Shown: positions 27,182 through 36,254, numbered from the stretch's first letter. The stretch: DNA of 64,000 bases from Eubacteriales bacterium (GCA_045594705.1 JAZNZB010000038.1:20234-84233); one strand, 5' to 3'. Notes: generated by a model not told the origin, from the letters alone. Numbers and translations are program-made.

Positions 27182-27210
27182 ATTATAGCACTATTCATCG
27201 AGAATGTCAA
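27182..27210 (-). promoter_or_regulatory. sigma-A type promoter (TTGACA-N17-TATAAT)
   Basis: Minus strand: TTGACA ttctcgatgaatagtgc TATAAT. Confidence 0.6.
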
Positions 27211-27257
27211 CTGTTTTGCACAAACATGATAAAATTACCAAGAAAATTCAGGATTAT

Positions 27258-27292
27258 TCAAAATAGCCTCATCCGCATTGGCGGATGAGGCT
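27258..27292 (-). terminator. Rho-independent terminator closing the 36135-27297 gene string
   Basis: AGCCTCATCCGC/GCGGATGAGGCT 12-bp stem followed by ATTTTGAAT on the minus strand, after the stop at 27297. Confidence 0.7.
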
Positions 27293-27296
27293 TGGA

Positions 27297-29249
27297 TTAT
27301 TGCACGTATTCTATTTCAACCGAAAGCGCGGTGCTGTCGTATGCGGAGGTTTTGCCCATGTTGACTGCGATCCAGATGCGATCACCCTTCTTAACGGTCA
27401 TCTGAATGCTGCCCTTTCCGACCTCCCCGTACGGTGCATCCACATATCCGTAGCGATCTCCCTGTGTCATTGCTTGCTTTTCATGCATGACGCGATATCG
27501 GATGCCGTCTCCCTCGGGCGAGGTAACGCTTACGTTGAAGGCATACAGGATATTTCCATCCTCGGGCGCTTCAAATACGAGTACTGCATCGTATTGATCC
27601 GGATGCACGGCACTGCTCATAATCAGAGAAAACTCGGATTTTCCTTGCCAGCGTTGATTGGCGGCATCAAAGGTCATCTCGTAAAGCTTATCTTTTCCGG
27701 GCTGTGCGCACATATAGTACCAGCCGCCCTTTCCCTGCTCAGTGGAGTATCCACCGGGGAATGAAAACACGCTCTGCGGCTTGTCTACCGCAACGGCGGT
27801 CAGGTCGTTGATCACATGAATGTTAACGTATTCTCCATTGGGAGCAATATTGTAGTACTCGGTTATATACGCATAAGGATTGCCTCTGCGCAGCATCTGG
27901 GAAAGCTTGATTTCCATTTGGATGCTCGTATCCGCAGTATCTATAACAGGGGGCGGATTATCACCAAGCCAGGTGCTTGCCAGCTGCTCCCATACCCATT
28001 TGTAGCTTTCATAATCTGCGTCGATCGTCCAGTTTGCAATGCTGAGATACGTACAGCCACGGGAGTACGCATCCATGCCCTGTTCAAGATACTTTTCAGG
28101 TGTCGCGCCAACCTGGTTCGGGCCATCGATCTCCTGTGCAAGCAGCACGCTTGGAGCAAAGGTTGCATCTGCGTAGTCCATGGAAAATTCGTGCTCGGAA
28201 ATAGGTCCGTCATCGATCCATACCACGTCGGCGTTCTCTGCAAGGTCACCTGCATTGAGCGTGCATCTCAGCAAGGACGCCGCATCAAAGTGGCTGCCGA
28301 ACTGCAAAGCGAGCTTGGACTCGGGTGCTGCATCCTTTTGTACCTTGGCAAGTGCGTCAATAAAGCCCTTGAGCTTTTGATGGCGGAACTGATACCAAAG
28401 CACGCCAAGGTTATCCGATGCGGTGCAGGAAGGTGGCTCTACCCGGGAGAAATCAGAATAATTTGTTCCGAGAATGACGTTCAAGGCGGCAATATCACCG
28501 TATTTGTCCTTCAAGAAAGCACGGAAGGCATTCTTGGCAAGATCCGAATAATCATATTCTCCGGCCGGCCAATATTCTGTTTCGGCAAACTGCGTAAATG
28601 CGGGCAGATAAAACAGGATATCGTCACCGTAAAGTGCGTCGTAACGCTTAACTGCATCCTCATAAAATGCCACTGCCGCACCAACGGCACTCTCAGAGCA
28701 AAACGAGATCACTGTACGCATCCCGTCGATTGAGCCCCCCTGGCAAAGATTGCCCGCGGGGTCTCTCTGCATCTGATCAAGGCCGATCACCTTGTCGTCC
28801 GCACGGCGGGTCAGATCGATCGAGATCGCGACCTTGAGCCCCTTGGTCTTGACCACATATTCGATCATGGGATCAAACGCAGAAAAATCGTATTCTCCTG
28901 CCGTCGTTGATTCCACACGACTCCACGGAATGTGCACCTTGATAGCATTAAAGCCGGTCGCAGCTGCAGCGTCAACCGTTTGCTCAAATTGCACCTGCGT
29001 CTGAGACGTAAAATTCCAGATGCGGTAGATATAGTATCTCTCGCCTATCTCTCTCTGTGCTTTCATATCGGTGTTCTCCTGTGTGGTCTCCTCCAAGGAT
29101 TCTGTCGTATCATCGCTTGTCTGGGACAAGGTCGTGGATTCTGTATTGTCCTGTATGGGCTCGTCAGGCACAGGCGTGCACGCAACCGCTCCGAGCACAA
29201 GTGCACCGGGCAGCAGCATGCACAGCAGCTTTCTGATCGTTCCGAACAT
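27297..29249 (-). CDS. Putative lipoprotein glycoside hydrolase (TIM-barrel, GH42/clan GH-A-like)
   Basis: Start set at ATG 29249 (AGGAGG RBS). MFGTIRKLLCMLLPGALVLGAVAC-TPV signal/lipobox. GFNAIKVHIPWSRVESTTAGEYDFSAFDPMIEYVVKTKGLKVAISID resembles the N-terminal barrel strands of GH42/GH35-type enzymes. Family not certain. Confidence 0.6.
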   Translation of the reverse strand: MFGTIRKLLCMLLPGALVLGAVACTPVPDEPIQDNTESTTLSQTSDDTTESLEETTQENTDMKAQREIGERYYIYRIWNFTSQTQVQFEQTVDAAAATGFNAIKVHIPWSRVESTTAGEYDFSAFDPMIEYVVKTKGLKVAISIDLTRRADDKVIGLDQMQRDPAGNLCQGGSIDGMRTVISFCSESAVGAAVAFYEDAVKRYDALYGDDILFYLPAFTQFAETEYWPAGEYDYSDLAKNAFRAFLKDKYGDIAALNVILGTNYSDFSRVEPPSCTASDNLGVLWYQFRHQKLKGFIDALAKVQKDAAPESKLALQFGSHFDAASLLRCTLNAGDLAENADVVWIDDGPISEHEFSMDYADATFAPSVLLAQEIDGPNQVGATPEKYLEQGMDAYSRGCTYLSIANWTIDADYESYKWVWEQLASTWLGDNPPPVIDTADTSIQMEIKLSQMLRRGNPYAYITEYYNIAPNGEYVNIHVINDLTAVAVDKPQSVFSFPGGYSTEQGKGGWYYMCAQPGKDKLYEMTFDAANQRWQGKSEFSLIMSSAVHPDQYDAVLVFEAPEDGNILYAFNVSVTSPEGDGIRYRVMHEKQAMTQGDRYGYVDAPYGEVGKGSIQMTVKKGDRIWIAVNMGKTSAYDSTALSVEIEYVQ

Positions 29250-29271
29250 GCGAACCTCCTGTGATTGGTTT

Positions 29272-30219
29272 TTAATAGAAAGTGGCAACCTCTTGTGCGG
29301 GTTTGGTGGCAAACTCGGTCTTTTCTGCGTAAAGCACGGGACCCGGTCTGCCGTAAAGCTTATGTGATTCTACGCGAATCTTGGCAGTCACAATGGTCCA
29401 ATCGCGCGTTTTGAGGTTGATCGCGGACGGGAAATTGCATACAAGCGCGTTATATTCGATATCATCCGCACAGCAGGTCATGACATGACGACCGATGATC
29501 AGCGAGGACTTGCCAAGCTTGGCATCACGTGCCACAATGCCCTTGAAGCGCACCGTTTTGCCGTGATACTTGTCTGTTTCCTCTGCCAGGTCGCGATACC
29601 AGATCGCGTAATCTTCATCCTTGATGTCAATGATGGGAGCATCAATATCGAAAGGCAGCGGATCCTCAATCTCGTCGTATTCTACGTGCCCGTCGGGATA
29701 ATCGTAGGTGATGGACGCTCTGATGCTGACGCTGCGCACCACACGGTGAATCTCTTCTTTATCAATCACCTCGGGCGTGCGGTTGAGTACGATCATTTCG
29801 CAAGCCTGCAGCTTATCCACCATGAGCTGACGCATGTTGGCGTTGTAGGTCAGGAAGGTGTTGGCGTCCGCAAACATCATGTTCTGGAAAATAAACCAGT
29901 CTGCAGGCAATGCTGCGTACAGTCGGTCAAGCAGCCACATGCCGTTGTATTCAATGATCACGCGATCGATCTTGTGCTTTTTGTAAAGCAGGGTCAGATA
30001 GTCGCGGTTGAGATCCTCGGGATCATCGATCAGTTCAAAATAGCAGTTCTTCCCCCAGAAGCGATCGAGCTCCAGCTCCTCTTCGCCCTCCTCGCACATG
30101 ATGATCAGCGTTTTTTCACCGGAATTGAAGCGTTGATCCTCCATGGATTCCTGGATGATGTGCGTCTTTCCGCCCTCCAGGAAACCGGTAAATAGATATA
30201 CAGGTATTTTTTTTGCCAT
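29272..30219 (-). CDS. Divergent P-loop GTPase related to COG0523, lacking CxCC, with a Cys-Cys-containing C-terminal domain
   Basis: 315 aa. Walker A TGFLEGGKT. Where COG0523 has the GCICC motif there is none. The C-terminal part contains GRHVMTCCADDIEYNALVC. Starts 1 nt after the stop of the upstream COG0523 gene. Confidence 0.7.
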   Translation of the reverse strand: MAKKIPVYLFTGFLEGGKTHIIQESMEDQRFNSGEKTLIIMCEEGEEELELDRFWGKNCYFELIDDPEDLNRDYLTLLYKKHKIDRVIIEYNGMWLLDRLYAALPADWFIFQNMMFADANTFLTYNANMRQLMVDKLQACEMIVLNRTPEVIDKEEIHRVVRSVSIRASITYDYPDGHVEYDEIEDPLPFDIDAPIIDIKDEDYAIWYRDLAEETDKYHGKTVRFKGIVARDAKLGKSSLIIGRHVMTCCADDIEYNALVCNFPSAINLKTRDWTIVTAKIRVESHKLYGRPGPVLYAEKTEFATKPAQEVATFY

Positions 30220-30220
30220 A

Positions 30221-31372
30221 TCAGCCCTCCGAGCGTCTGAGGCTTACACCAAGCAAATTGCCAATGGCCTCAATATCAAGACCTGAACCGATCACACAAA
30301 GACGGCCGATGATGCCGGCAGCACCCGTACGGATATCGGGCTCACCGGGCACATAGTCAAAGTGGATCCAGTTGCCGTCGTCGCCTGCCACAATACCCTT
30401 TGCACGCAGCACGATGCCGTATTTACCCTCGTCACAAAGCTCCTCAAGCTGCTCTGCAAGCTTTTGGGCATTGAATTTCGCCGTGGTCTCAGCACCCGCG
30501 CTGACAAATACTTCGTCGGCATGGTGATGATGGTGGTGACCGCCACAGCCGCAGCTGCAGCCCTCATCGTGGTCGTGATGATGGTGATGTCCGTGCTCAT
30601 GGTCATGCTCGTGGCGGCCGCAATCACATTCCTCGTCGTGATCGTGATGATGGTGATGTCCGTGCTCATGGTCATGCTCGTGGCAGCCGCAATCACATTC
30701 CTCGTCGTGGTCGTGGTGATGGTGGTGTCCGTGCTCATGGTGCGCATGCGCCAGTCTCGCAAGCTCAGCCTGGAGTGTATCCTTGCGCTCCATGGCCTCC
30801 AGCAGCTGCTCTGCACTCAGCACATCCCAATCGGTGGTAACAATGGTAGCAGTCTCGTTGTGCTCTCTGAGCATAGCTACGCAGTCCGCGATCTTTTTCT
30901 CGCTTGCTGTGCCGGTATGCGACAGCACGATGCAGCCTGCATTGGCAACCTGGTCGTTAAAGAACTCACCGAAGTTCTTCATGTACATCTTGCACTTGCC
31001 TGCATCCACCACAGTGGTGAACGCGTTGAGCTCTGCTCCTTCGATCTCGAGATTCTGTACCGCTCTGATCACGTCGGACAGCTTTCCGACACCCGAGGGC
31101 TCGATCAGAATTCTGTCGGGAGCATACTGCTCCAGCACCTGAGTCAGTGCCTTGCCGAAATCGCCAACCAGCGAGCAGCAGATGCAACCGGAATTCATTT
31201 CATTGATCTGAATACCGGCCTCGGCTAAAAATCCGCCGTCAATACCGATCTCGCCGAATTCGTTCTCAATCAGCACCAGCTTTTCTCCCTTGTATGCCTC
31301 TTCGATCATCTTTTTGATCAGCGTGGTTTTACCCGCGCCCAGAAATCCCGAAAAAATATCAATCTTGGTCAT
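30221..31372 (-). CDS. COG0523-family (CobW/ZigA-like) metallochaperone GTPase with a His-rich insert
   Basis: 383 aa. Walker A SGFLGAGKTT, metal-binding NSGCICCS, and the insert HAHHEHGHHHHHDHDEECDCGCHEHDHEHGHHHHHDHDEECDCGRHEHDHEHGHHHHHDHDEGCSCGCGGHHHHHH, then a CobW_C-like end. Confidence 0.9.
   Translation of the reverse strand: MTKIDIFSGFLGAGKTTLIKKMIEEAYKGEKLVLIENEFGEIGIDGGFLAEAGIQINEMNSGCICCSLVGDFGKALTQVLEQYAPDRILIEPSGVGKLSDVIRAVQNLEIEGAELNAFTTVVDAGKCKMYMKNFGEFFNDQVANAGCIVLSHTGTASEKKIADCVAMLREHNETATIVTTDWDVLSAEQLLEAMERKDTLQAELARLAHAHHEHGHHHHHDHDEECDCGCHEHDHEHGHHHHHDHDEECDCGRHEHDHEHGHHHHHDHDEGCSCGCGGHHHHHHADEVFVSAGAETTAKFNAQKLAEQLEELCDEGKYGIVLRAKGIVAGDDGNWIHFDYVPGEPDIRTGAAGIIGRLCVIGSGLDIEAIGNLLGVSLRRSEG
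30575..30742 (-). repeat. In-frame 69-bp tandem repeat (about 2.4 copies) encoding the His/Asp/Cys-rich insert
   Basis: 30575-30643 and 30644-30712 differ at only a few positions by eye. A partial third copy follows. Each unit encodes 23 aa (HEHDHEHGHHHHHDHDEECDCGx). Confidence 0.85.
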
Positions 31373-31384
31373 TTTTCTACCTTC

Positions 31385-33073
31385 TTAGTTCTTATTCTTA
31401 GTTCCTCTGTAAACGTAGTTGAGTCTGCCCAAAGGTGCGGCATCCCCCTTATCGTAAAAGTCCTCAATATTTGTCAGCTCCTCGGTGCTGTCCGCAGCCT
31501 TGAACCAGACAGTAAAATCGTCACGGTCAAGACCGAGTACCGCTCTGGGTGCAATGATCAGCAGCATGTTGCCGGAGCATCTGTATACCACGTCCCCGAA
31601 ATCGGCTGCGCGCAGGCCGTCTACGATCACAGCCACGGTGCTCTTATGGTCGTCGTAGGGCTTGTTGTTCAGCACGTACTGATACTCTTTCCCACCGTCT
31701 GTATTGAGATAGATCTTCATCCAGCTTCCCTGTCCGTCCCAAGGCTTGATCTCGTCCTTGGTAATAATCCCGAAATAGATAAAATCGTCGTCGTGGCTGA
31801 CGGTCATTCCTGTAATAGCATTGCGCTGGGTGCGGTTTTCATATACCGTGCCGGAGCCCTGGGCGCATCTTGCAAAGTCACCGTCTGAGAAATTATGATA
31901 CTCAGCCCAGACCTCCTCGGCTTCATCCTGCTCGGAATCGTTGTAATAATCCACGGGGGCAAGCTCTGCAAAGGTATCGTACTCGTCCACGCCTTTATAC
32001 TTACGGACGTAGTCGACCAGCTGCATGAAGTAATTGTCAAAATAACCTCCGCGCATCATTTCAATATCGCGGCTATATTCATAGTTGGCACAGTCCACAA
32101 ACATAATGGGACGCTCGGGAATGCCCTGCCAATGGCCTGCGATCCATTCGTTCCAGCCCGTGACCAGCACGATGGGCGGATCGGTCTCGATGGCGCGCTC
32201 AAACTGCTCGGCGAAATTGTAGCCGTGCAGGTAGGCATCCGGATCAGGATCGTTATGCATATCGTGGAAGCCGCGGCCGTTGTTATCGGTCTCGCCATAC
32301 ATCACCGAGTCGCCAAAGCGCAGCTGCGGATGCTGGGCAACAGAGACGTTGATCACCTCGTCCTCGCCCTTCAGATTGGCAAACACGCGCTGCGGACGGG
32401 TAAAATCCATCCAGGGCCAGCCGCCCAGCTTATCGGGCTCGTTGGGCCACTGCGACATCTTAATATTGAAGAATTCTCTGCATTCGGGCGAGCACTCCTC
32501 TTCTACTGCGATAATGACCGGTTTGCCTTCAAAGCAGAACCAAGTGTCGGGGCAATAGTTTACGGCATAGATCTTATCATAGATTTCCTGCACGGTCTTG
32601 CCGGAATGCGTGTTGGTATAGAACATGACCTTAGGGATCTTCCAGCCGTCGCGAGCGTATTCGTCCAGCACGCGCATGACAAGCTTGACGTTGTGCTCGT
32701 AGATGCAGGCATTGGTGGTATCGAAGAACAAAAAGTCAACGTCCGCCTGGATCAGCAGCTTCATGTGACGGCGTACGACCCACTCGTCATCGGAATAATA
32801 ATATCCGTAAAAGGGCTCGCCCCAATGGTGATACGTGCCAATGCCACCCCAGTACTCCGCATCCGGGTGCTGCCCTGCGTCGGGGTGCTTGGCCGTGATC
32901 TTGGAGATATCGTAGGGCTTGTGTCTGCCATGCTCGCCAAGCCACAGAAAATAAAACATACCAACAAGGCGGTTTTCTCTGCGCGCCGGAGCGTTTTCGC
33001 GGTCGGCTGTCCTTCTGCCCAGCGCATCGGTAGCCATCAAAGGTCCGTTTGCATAATTCTTATATTGCTTCAT
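31385..33073 (-). CDS. Cytoplasmic hypothetical protein, possibly a glycoside-hydrolase-like TIM barrel
   Basis: 562 aa, no signal peptide. GMFYFLWLGEHG...WGEPFYGYYYSDDEWVVRRHMKLLIQADVDFLFFDTTN resembles the N-terminal pattern of some endo-glycosidase families. I cannot assign a family. Confidence 0.55.
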   Translation of the reverse strand: MKQYKNYANGPLMATDALGRRTADRENAPARRENRLVGMFYFLWLGEHGRHKPYDISKITAKHPDAGQHPDAEYWGGIGTYHHWGEPFYGYYYSDDEWVVRRHMKLLIQADVDFLFFDTTNACIYEHNVKLVMRVLDEYARDGWKIPKVMFYTNTHSGKTVQEIYDKIYAVNYCPDTWFCFEGKPVIIAVEEECSPECREFFNIKMSQWPNEPDKLGGWPWMDFTRPQRVFANLKGEDEVINVSVAQHPQLRFGDSVMYGETDNNGRGFHDMHNDPDPDAYLHGYNFAEQFERAIETDPPIVLVTGWNEWIAGHWQGIPERPIMFVDCANYEYSRDIEMMRGGYFDNYFMQLVDYVRKYKGVDEYDTFAELAPVDYYNDSEQDEAEEVWAEYHNFSDGDFARCAQGSGTVYENRTQRNAITGMTVSHDDDFIYFGIITKDEIKPWDGQGSWMKIYLNTDGGKEYQYVLNNKPYDDHKSTVAVIVDGLRAADFGDVVYRCSGNMLLIIAPRAVLGLDRDDFTVWFKAADSTEELTNIEDFYDKGDAAPLGRLNYVYRGTKNKN

Positions 33074-33091
33074 GGTCGTTTCCTCCCCGCA

Positions 33092-33448
33092 TTATTCGAT
33101 ATAGGACGTAACGATAATATCCGCTCCCGTATCAAGAATATTGGCCACGACAACGTCGCCCTGACGGACGCAGTCGGAAACGCTAAGCGCGTTAATCAGC
33201 TTCATTGCGTCAAACAAAAGCTCCTTGGGGATTGCTTGATTGGATTTTACCGCTACCACCTCACCGCTCTTGGTCATGACGGTGGTAGTCAAGGTTCTTG
33301 TGGGGCAAGTGCATTCGGCAACTGCATAGTCGTTGCCTCGCTTACATGCGTTTCCCTTAACAGACAATACGTTTTTACCCTCGTATTCCACGGTCAGCTG
33401 ACAGCCGCGAGGGCAAATGATACAAGTCATTTCTCTGATATTAGCCAT
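33092..33448 (-). CDS. DUF1667 domain protein
   Basis: Start set at ATG 33448 (GGAGGG RBS). MANIREMTCIICPRGCQLTVEYEGKNVLSVKGNACKRGNDYAVAE is the characteristic Cys-rich DUF1667 N-terminus. It is the usual third gene of this oxidoreductase trio. Confidence 0.85.
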   Translation of the reverse strand: MANIREMTCIICPRGCQLTVEYEGKNVLSVKGNACKRGNDYAVAECTCPTRTLTTTVMTKSGEVVAVKSNQAIPKELLFDAMKLINALSVSDCVRQGDVVVANILDTGADIIVTSYIE

Positions 33449-33452
33449 TTTC

Positions 33453-34697
33453 TCAGCCCTCCAATCCGATGCTGATCTCGCCCGTTCCGATCTCGGCCAG
33501 CACCTTTGCATCCAGCTTTACCGTCTCCATCTCACCGGGAGCAAGCTTGATCTTTTTCTTACTTGAAATCACATTCTCTCCGCATCTGACCACGATCTTT
33601 TTGTCGCGGAACACGTCGGATACACGGAAATAGACCACGGTATCCTGTGCGCTGGTGATCCTTTGCGGTACGGTATAGCGTACACCGTTGACGGGACGCA
33701 CACAAATATCCACACGCTCGCTCCCGATTCCTGCAATGTAATCCGCAGCGGCACAGCCCGCGATCTCAGCCTCGTCGGACACGTAGTCCACAAGGTCGTG
33801 CACGTGCAGCACGTTGCCGCAAGCAAATACACCGGGCACGGAGGTTTGTCTGTTCTGGTCGGTCACGGCTCCACCCGTGATGCGGTCAATATCAATACCC
33901 GCACCCTTGGTCAGCTCGTTTTCGGGCAGCAAGCCGCAGGAAAGCAGCAGCGTATCGCACGCGATGTACTGCTCGGTCTCTTTGATGGGTCTGCGCTGCT
34001 CATCCACCTTGGCAATGGTCACACCCGTGACTCTTTCCTTACCGTGAATCTGCACGACCGTGTGAGAAAGCAACAGCGGAATACCGAAATCGTTCAGACA
34101 CTGCTCAATATTTCTTGCAAGGCCACCGGAATAAGGCATCAGCTCACAGACCGCCTTGACCTTTGCGCCCTCCAGCGTCATGCGGCGCGCCATGATCAGA
34201 CCGATATCGCCCGAGCCGAGGATGACCACCTCTTTACCGGGCATATAGCCCTTGATATTGACGTACTTCTGTGCAGTGCCCGCAGTATAAATACCCGACG
34301 GACGTGAGCCTGCGATGTTGAGCGCACCCTTGGGACGCTCGCGGCAGCCCATGGCTAAAATGATGGCGTCTGCCTTGATATGCATAATTCCATCGGTGGA
34401 GTTGATGGCGGTGATTTCCTTATCGGGCGTGATCTTTGTGACCATAGTGCCCACCTTATAAGGAATGCCAAGCTCCTTGACCTGCTCTGCATAGCGAGCA
34501 GCATACTCGGGGCCCGTCAGCTCCTCGCCGAATTTATGAAGGCCGAAGCCGTTATGAATACACTGGCGAAGGATGCCGCCAAGATGCGCCTCGCGCTCCA
34601 GGATCAGAATATCCTTGACCCCTGCCTTGTATGCAGCAACCGCTGCACTCATGCCTGCAGGGCCACCGCCCACGATGACAAGTGAGACTTTAAGCAT
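33453..34697 (-). CDS. NAD(P)/FAD-dependent oxidoreductase (pyridine nucleotide-disulfide oxidoreductase fold)
   Basis: 414 aa. Two dinucleotide-binding motifs (VIVGGGPAGMSAA; VVILGSGDIGLIMA) and GVFACGNV. Confidence 0.85.
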   Translation of the reverse strand: MLKVSLVIVGGGPAGMSAAVAAYKAGVKDILILEREAHLGGILRQCIHNGFGLHKFGEELTGPEYAARYAEQVKELGIPYKVGTMVTKITPDKEITAINSTDGIMHIKADAIILAMGCRERPKGALNIAGSRPSGIYTAGTAQKYVNIKGYMPGKEVVILGSGDIGLIMARRMTLEGAKVKAVCELMPYSGGLARNIEQCLNDFGIPLLLSHTVVQIHGKERVTGVTIAKVDEQRRPIKETEQYIACDTLLLSCGLLPENELTKGAGIDIDRITGGAVTDQNRQTSVPGVFACGNVLHVHDLVDYVSDEAEIAGCAAADYIAGIGSERVDICVRPVNGVRYTVPQRITSAQDTVVYFRVSDVFRDKKIVVRCGENVISSKKKIKLAPGEMETVKLDAKVLAEIGTGEISIGLEG

Positions 34698-36135
34698 TGT
34701 CCTTCCCTCCTTTGGTTCTTCCGTAATTGATGATTGAGGCGCCGCCCGATTTGGTGACCTGCTCGTAAGGAATGCCCAACTCGCGGGACAAAATCTCGAC
34801 TACGATGGACGAGCAGAAGCCGCCCTGGCATCTGCCCATGCCGCTGCGTGTGCGTCTCTTGACGCCATCCACGTCGCGTGCACCGGGATTTGTGCGGATC
34901 GCGTACACGATCTCGCCCTCGGTGACTTCCTCGCATCGGCAGACCATATTGCCATACGCGGGCTCTTTTGCAATGACCTCATTCTTCTGCTCGTCGTCAA
35001 GCTTACGATACCAGCCCGACGGCTTGCGAATGGGATTCCAGTCCTCTTTCTTTTCAAGCACAAGGCCTTCCTTGCCAAGCAGCTCGACGCAATACTCGCC
35101 AAGTGCGGGTGCGCTTGTCAGGCCGGGGCTTTCAATGCCGCCGAACGTGATAAACCCGGGGGCGGATGCATGGATGATAAAATCGCCCGTACTGCCGACT
35201 GCACGAAGCCCTGTAAAGCTTGTGATCACTCCGCCGAACGGAATGCCCTTGATGTATCTTGCGCTCTGCTCGCGGATGCTTGCAGTACCCTCGGCGGTGG
35301 TATCAAGGTCCTCCTTGTCTGTCATATCCACAGCGGTAGGCCCTAACATGACGTTGCCACCCGTGGTTGCCGTGACCAGGATGCCCTTGCCCTTGGGTGT
35401 GGGCGTGGAGAACAGCGTATAGCCGGTCAGAGAGGGCGTGTACGCCTTGTCCAGCACCATATATTCACCGCGTCTGGGATGCACGTCAAACGACTCATCC
35501 CCTACCATAGCTGCGATCTTATCCGAATAAAGGCCTGCTGCATTGACAACATATCTTGCTTCGACCTTCTGATCCCCCGCATACAGCGTATAACCGCCGT
35601 CAGCGGATTCGATGCGGTCCACTTCAAAATTGCGAATAAACTGCGCGCCGTTGTCCATGGCGTTGCCAAGTCCCGCGTCGCAAAGACCAAACGGGCTGAC
35701 AATCGCACCCGTAGGTGCCCAGAGTGCACAGGTGACCTCCTCGGTCACGTTGGGCTCAAGTGCAAGCACACCTTCGCGGTCAAGCACCGCAAGTCCCTCG
35801 ACGCCGTTTTTGACGCCGCGCTCGTAAAGGTCTTCAAGCGTAGCCTTGTCCTCGTCGCCATAGCCAAGCACCAAGGAGCCGTTACGCACGTACTTGACAC
35901 CAAGCTCTGCGCAGACCTGCTCCATCATCTTGGAGCCCGCTACGTTAAAGCGAGCCTTGAGCGTGCCCGGCTTTGCATCAAAGCCTGCGTGCACGATGGC
36001 GCTGTTGGCGCGCGAGGCGCCCGTGCAAACGTCGTTGGCTCTCTCCACAACGCACACGTCCAGCTTGTATGCGGACAGGGCTCTTGCGCACATCGCGCCC
36101 ACGACGCCCGCACCTATAATACATACGTCAAACAT
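34690..36135 (-). CDS. FAD-dependent oxidoreductase, glycerol-3-phosphate dehydrogenase-like, with a BFD-like [2Fe-2S] domain
   Basis: Start set at ATG 36135 (GGAGG RBS). MFDVCIIGAGVVGAMCARAL (GxGxxG) and the C-terminal CRCEEVTEGEI...RRTRSGMGRCQGGFC. Confidence 0.85.
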   Translation of the reverse strand: MFDVCIIGAGVVGAMCARALSAYKLDVCVVERANDVCTGASRANSAIVHAGFDAKPGTLKARFNVAGSKMMEQVCAELGVKYVRNGSLVLGYGDEDKATLEDLYERGVKNGVEGLAVLDREGVLALEPNVTEEVTCALWAPTGAIVSPFGLCDAGLGNAMDNGAQFIRNFEVDRIESADGGYTLYAGDQKVEARYVVNAAGLYSDKIAAMVGDESFDVHPRRGEYMVLDKAYTPSLTGYTLFSTPTPKGKGILVTATTGGNVMLGPTAVDMTDKEDLDTTAEGTASIREQSARYIKGIPFGGVITSFTGLRAVGSTGDFIIHASAPGFITFGGIESPGLTSAPALGEYCVELLGKEGLVLEKKEDWNPIRKPSGWYRKLDDEQKNEVIAKEPAYGNMVCRCEEVTEGEIVYAIRTNPGARDVDGVKRRTRSGMGRCQGGFCSSIVVEILSRELGIPYEQVTKSGGASIINYGRTKGGKDNA

Positions 36136-36178
36136 ACCGTAATACCTCCAAGTATACATAGTAATCCTATTATAAGTT

Positions 36179-36207
36179 ATTATAACACTATCCTTTTGAT
36201 TCGTCAA
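36179..36207 (-). promoter_or_regulatory. sigma-A type promoter (TTGACG-N17-TATAAT) heading the 36135-27297 gene string
   Basis: Minus strand: TTGACG aatcaaaaggatagtgt TATAAT. Confidence 0.6.
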
Positions 36208-36225
36208 GAAATCAGAGCGTTTTTA

Positions 36226-36254
36226 TTGACAATTTTCTTTGGCTGTGATAAACT
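36226..36254 (+). promoter_or_regulatory. sigma-A type promoter (TTGACA-N17-TAAACT), divergent
   Basis: TTGACA attttctttggctgtga TAAACT, about 30 nt upstream of the ATG at 36287. Confidence 0.45.

Noticed and set aside
30292-31228. Alternative-frame ORFs over the His-rich region (30292-30816 minus, 30362-31228 plus) and the idea that the 69-bp repeats are a CRISPR or minisatellite
   Set aside because: The repeats are contiguous with no spacers, and they are in frame with a COG0523 protein that has intact flanking GTPase and C-terminal domains. The other frames give Thr/Met/Val-rich nonsense.
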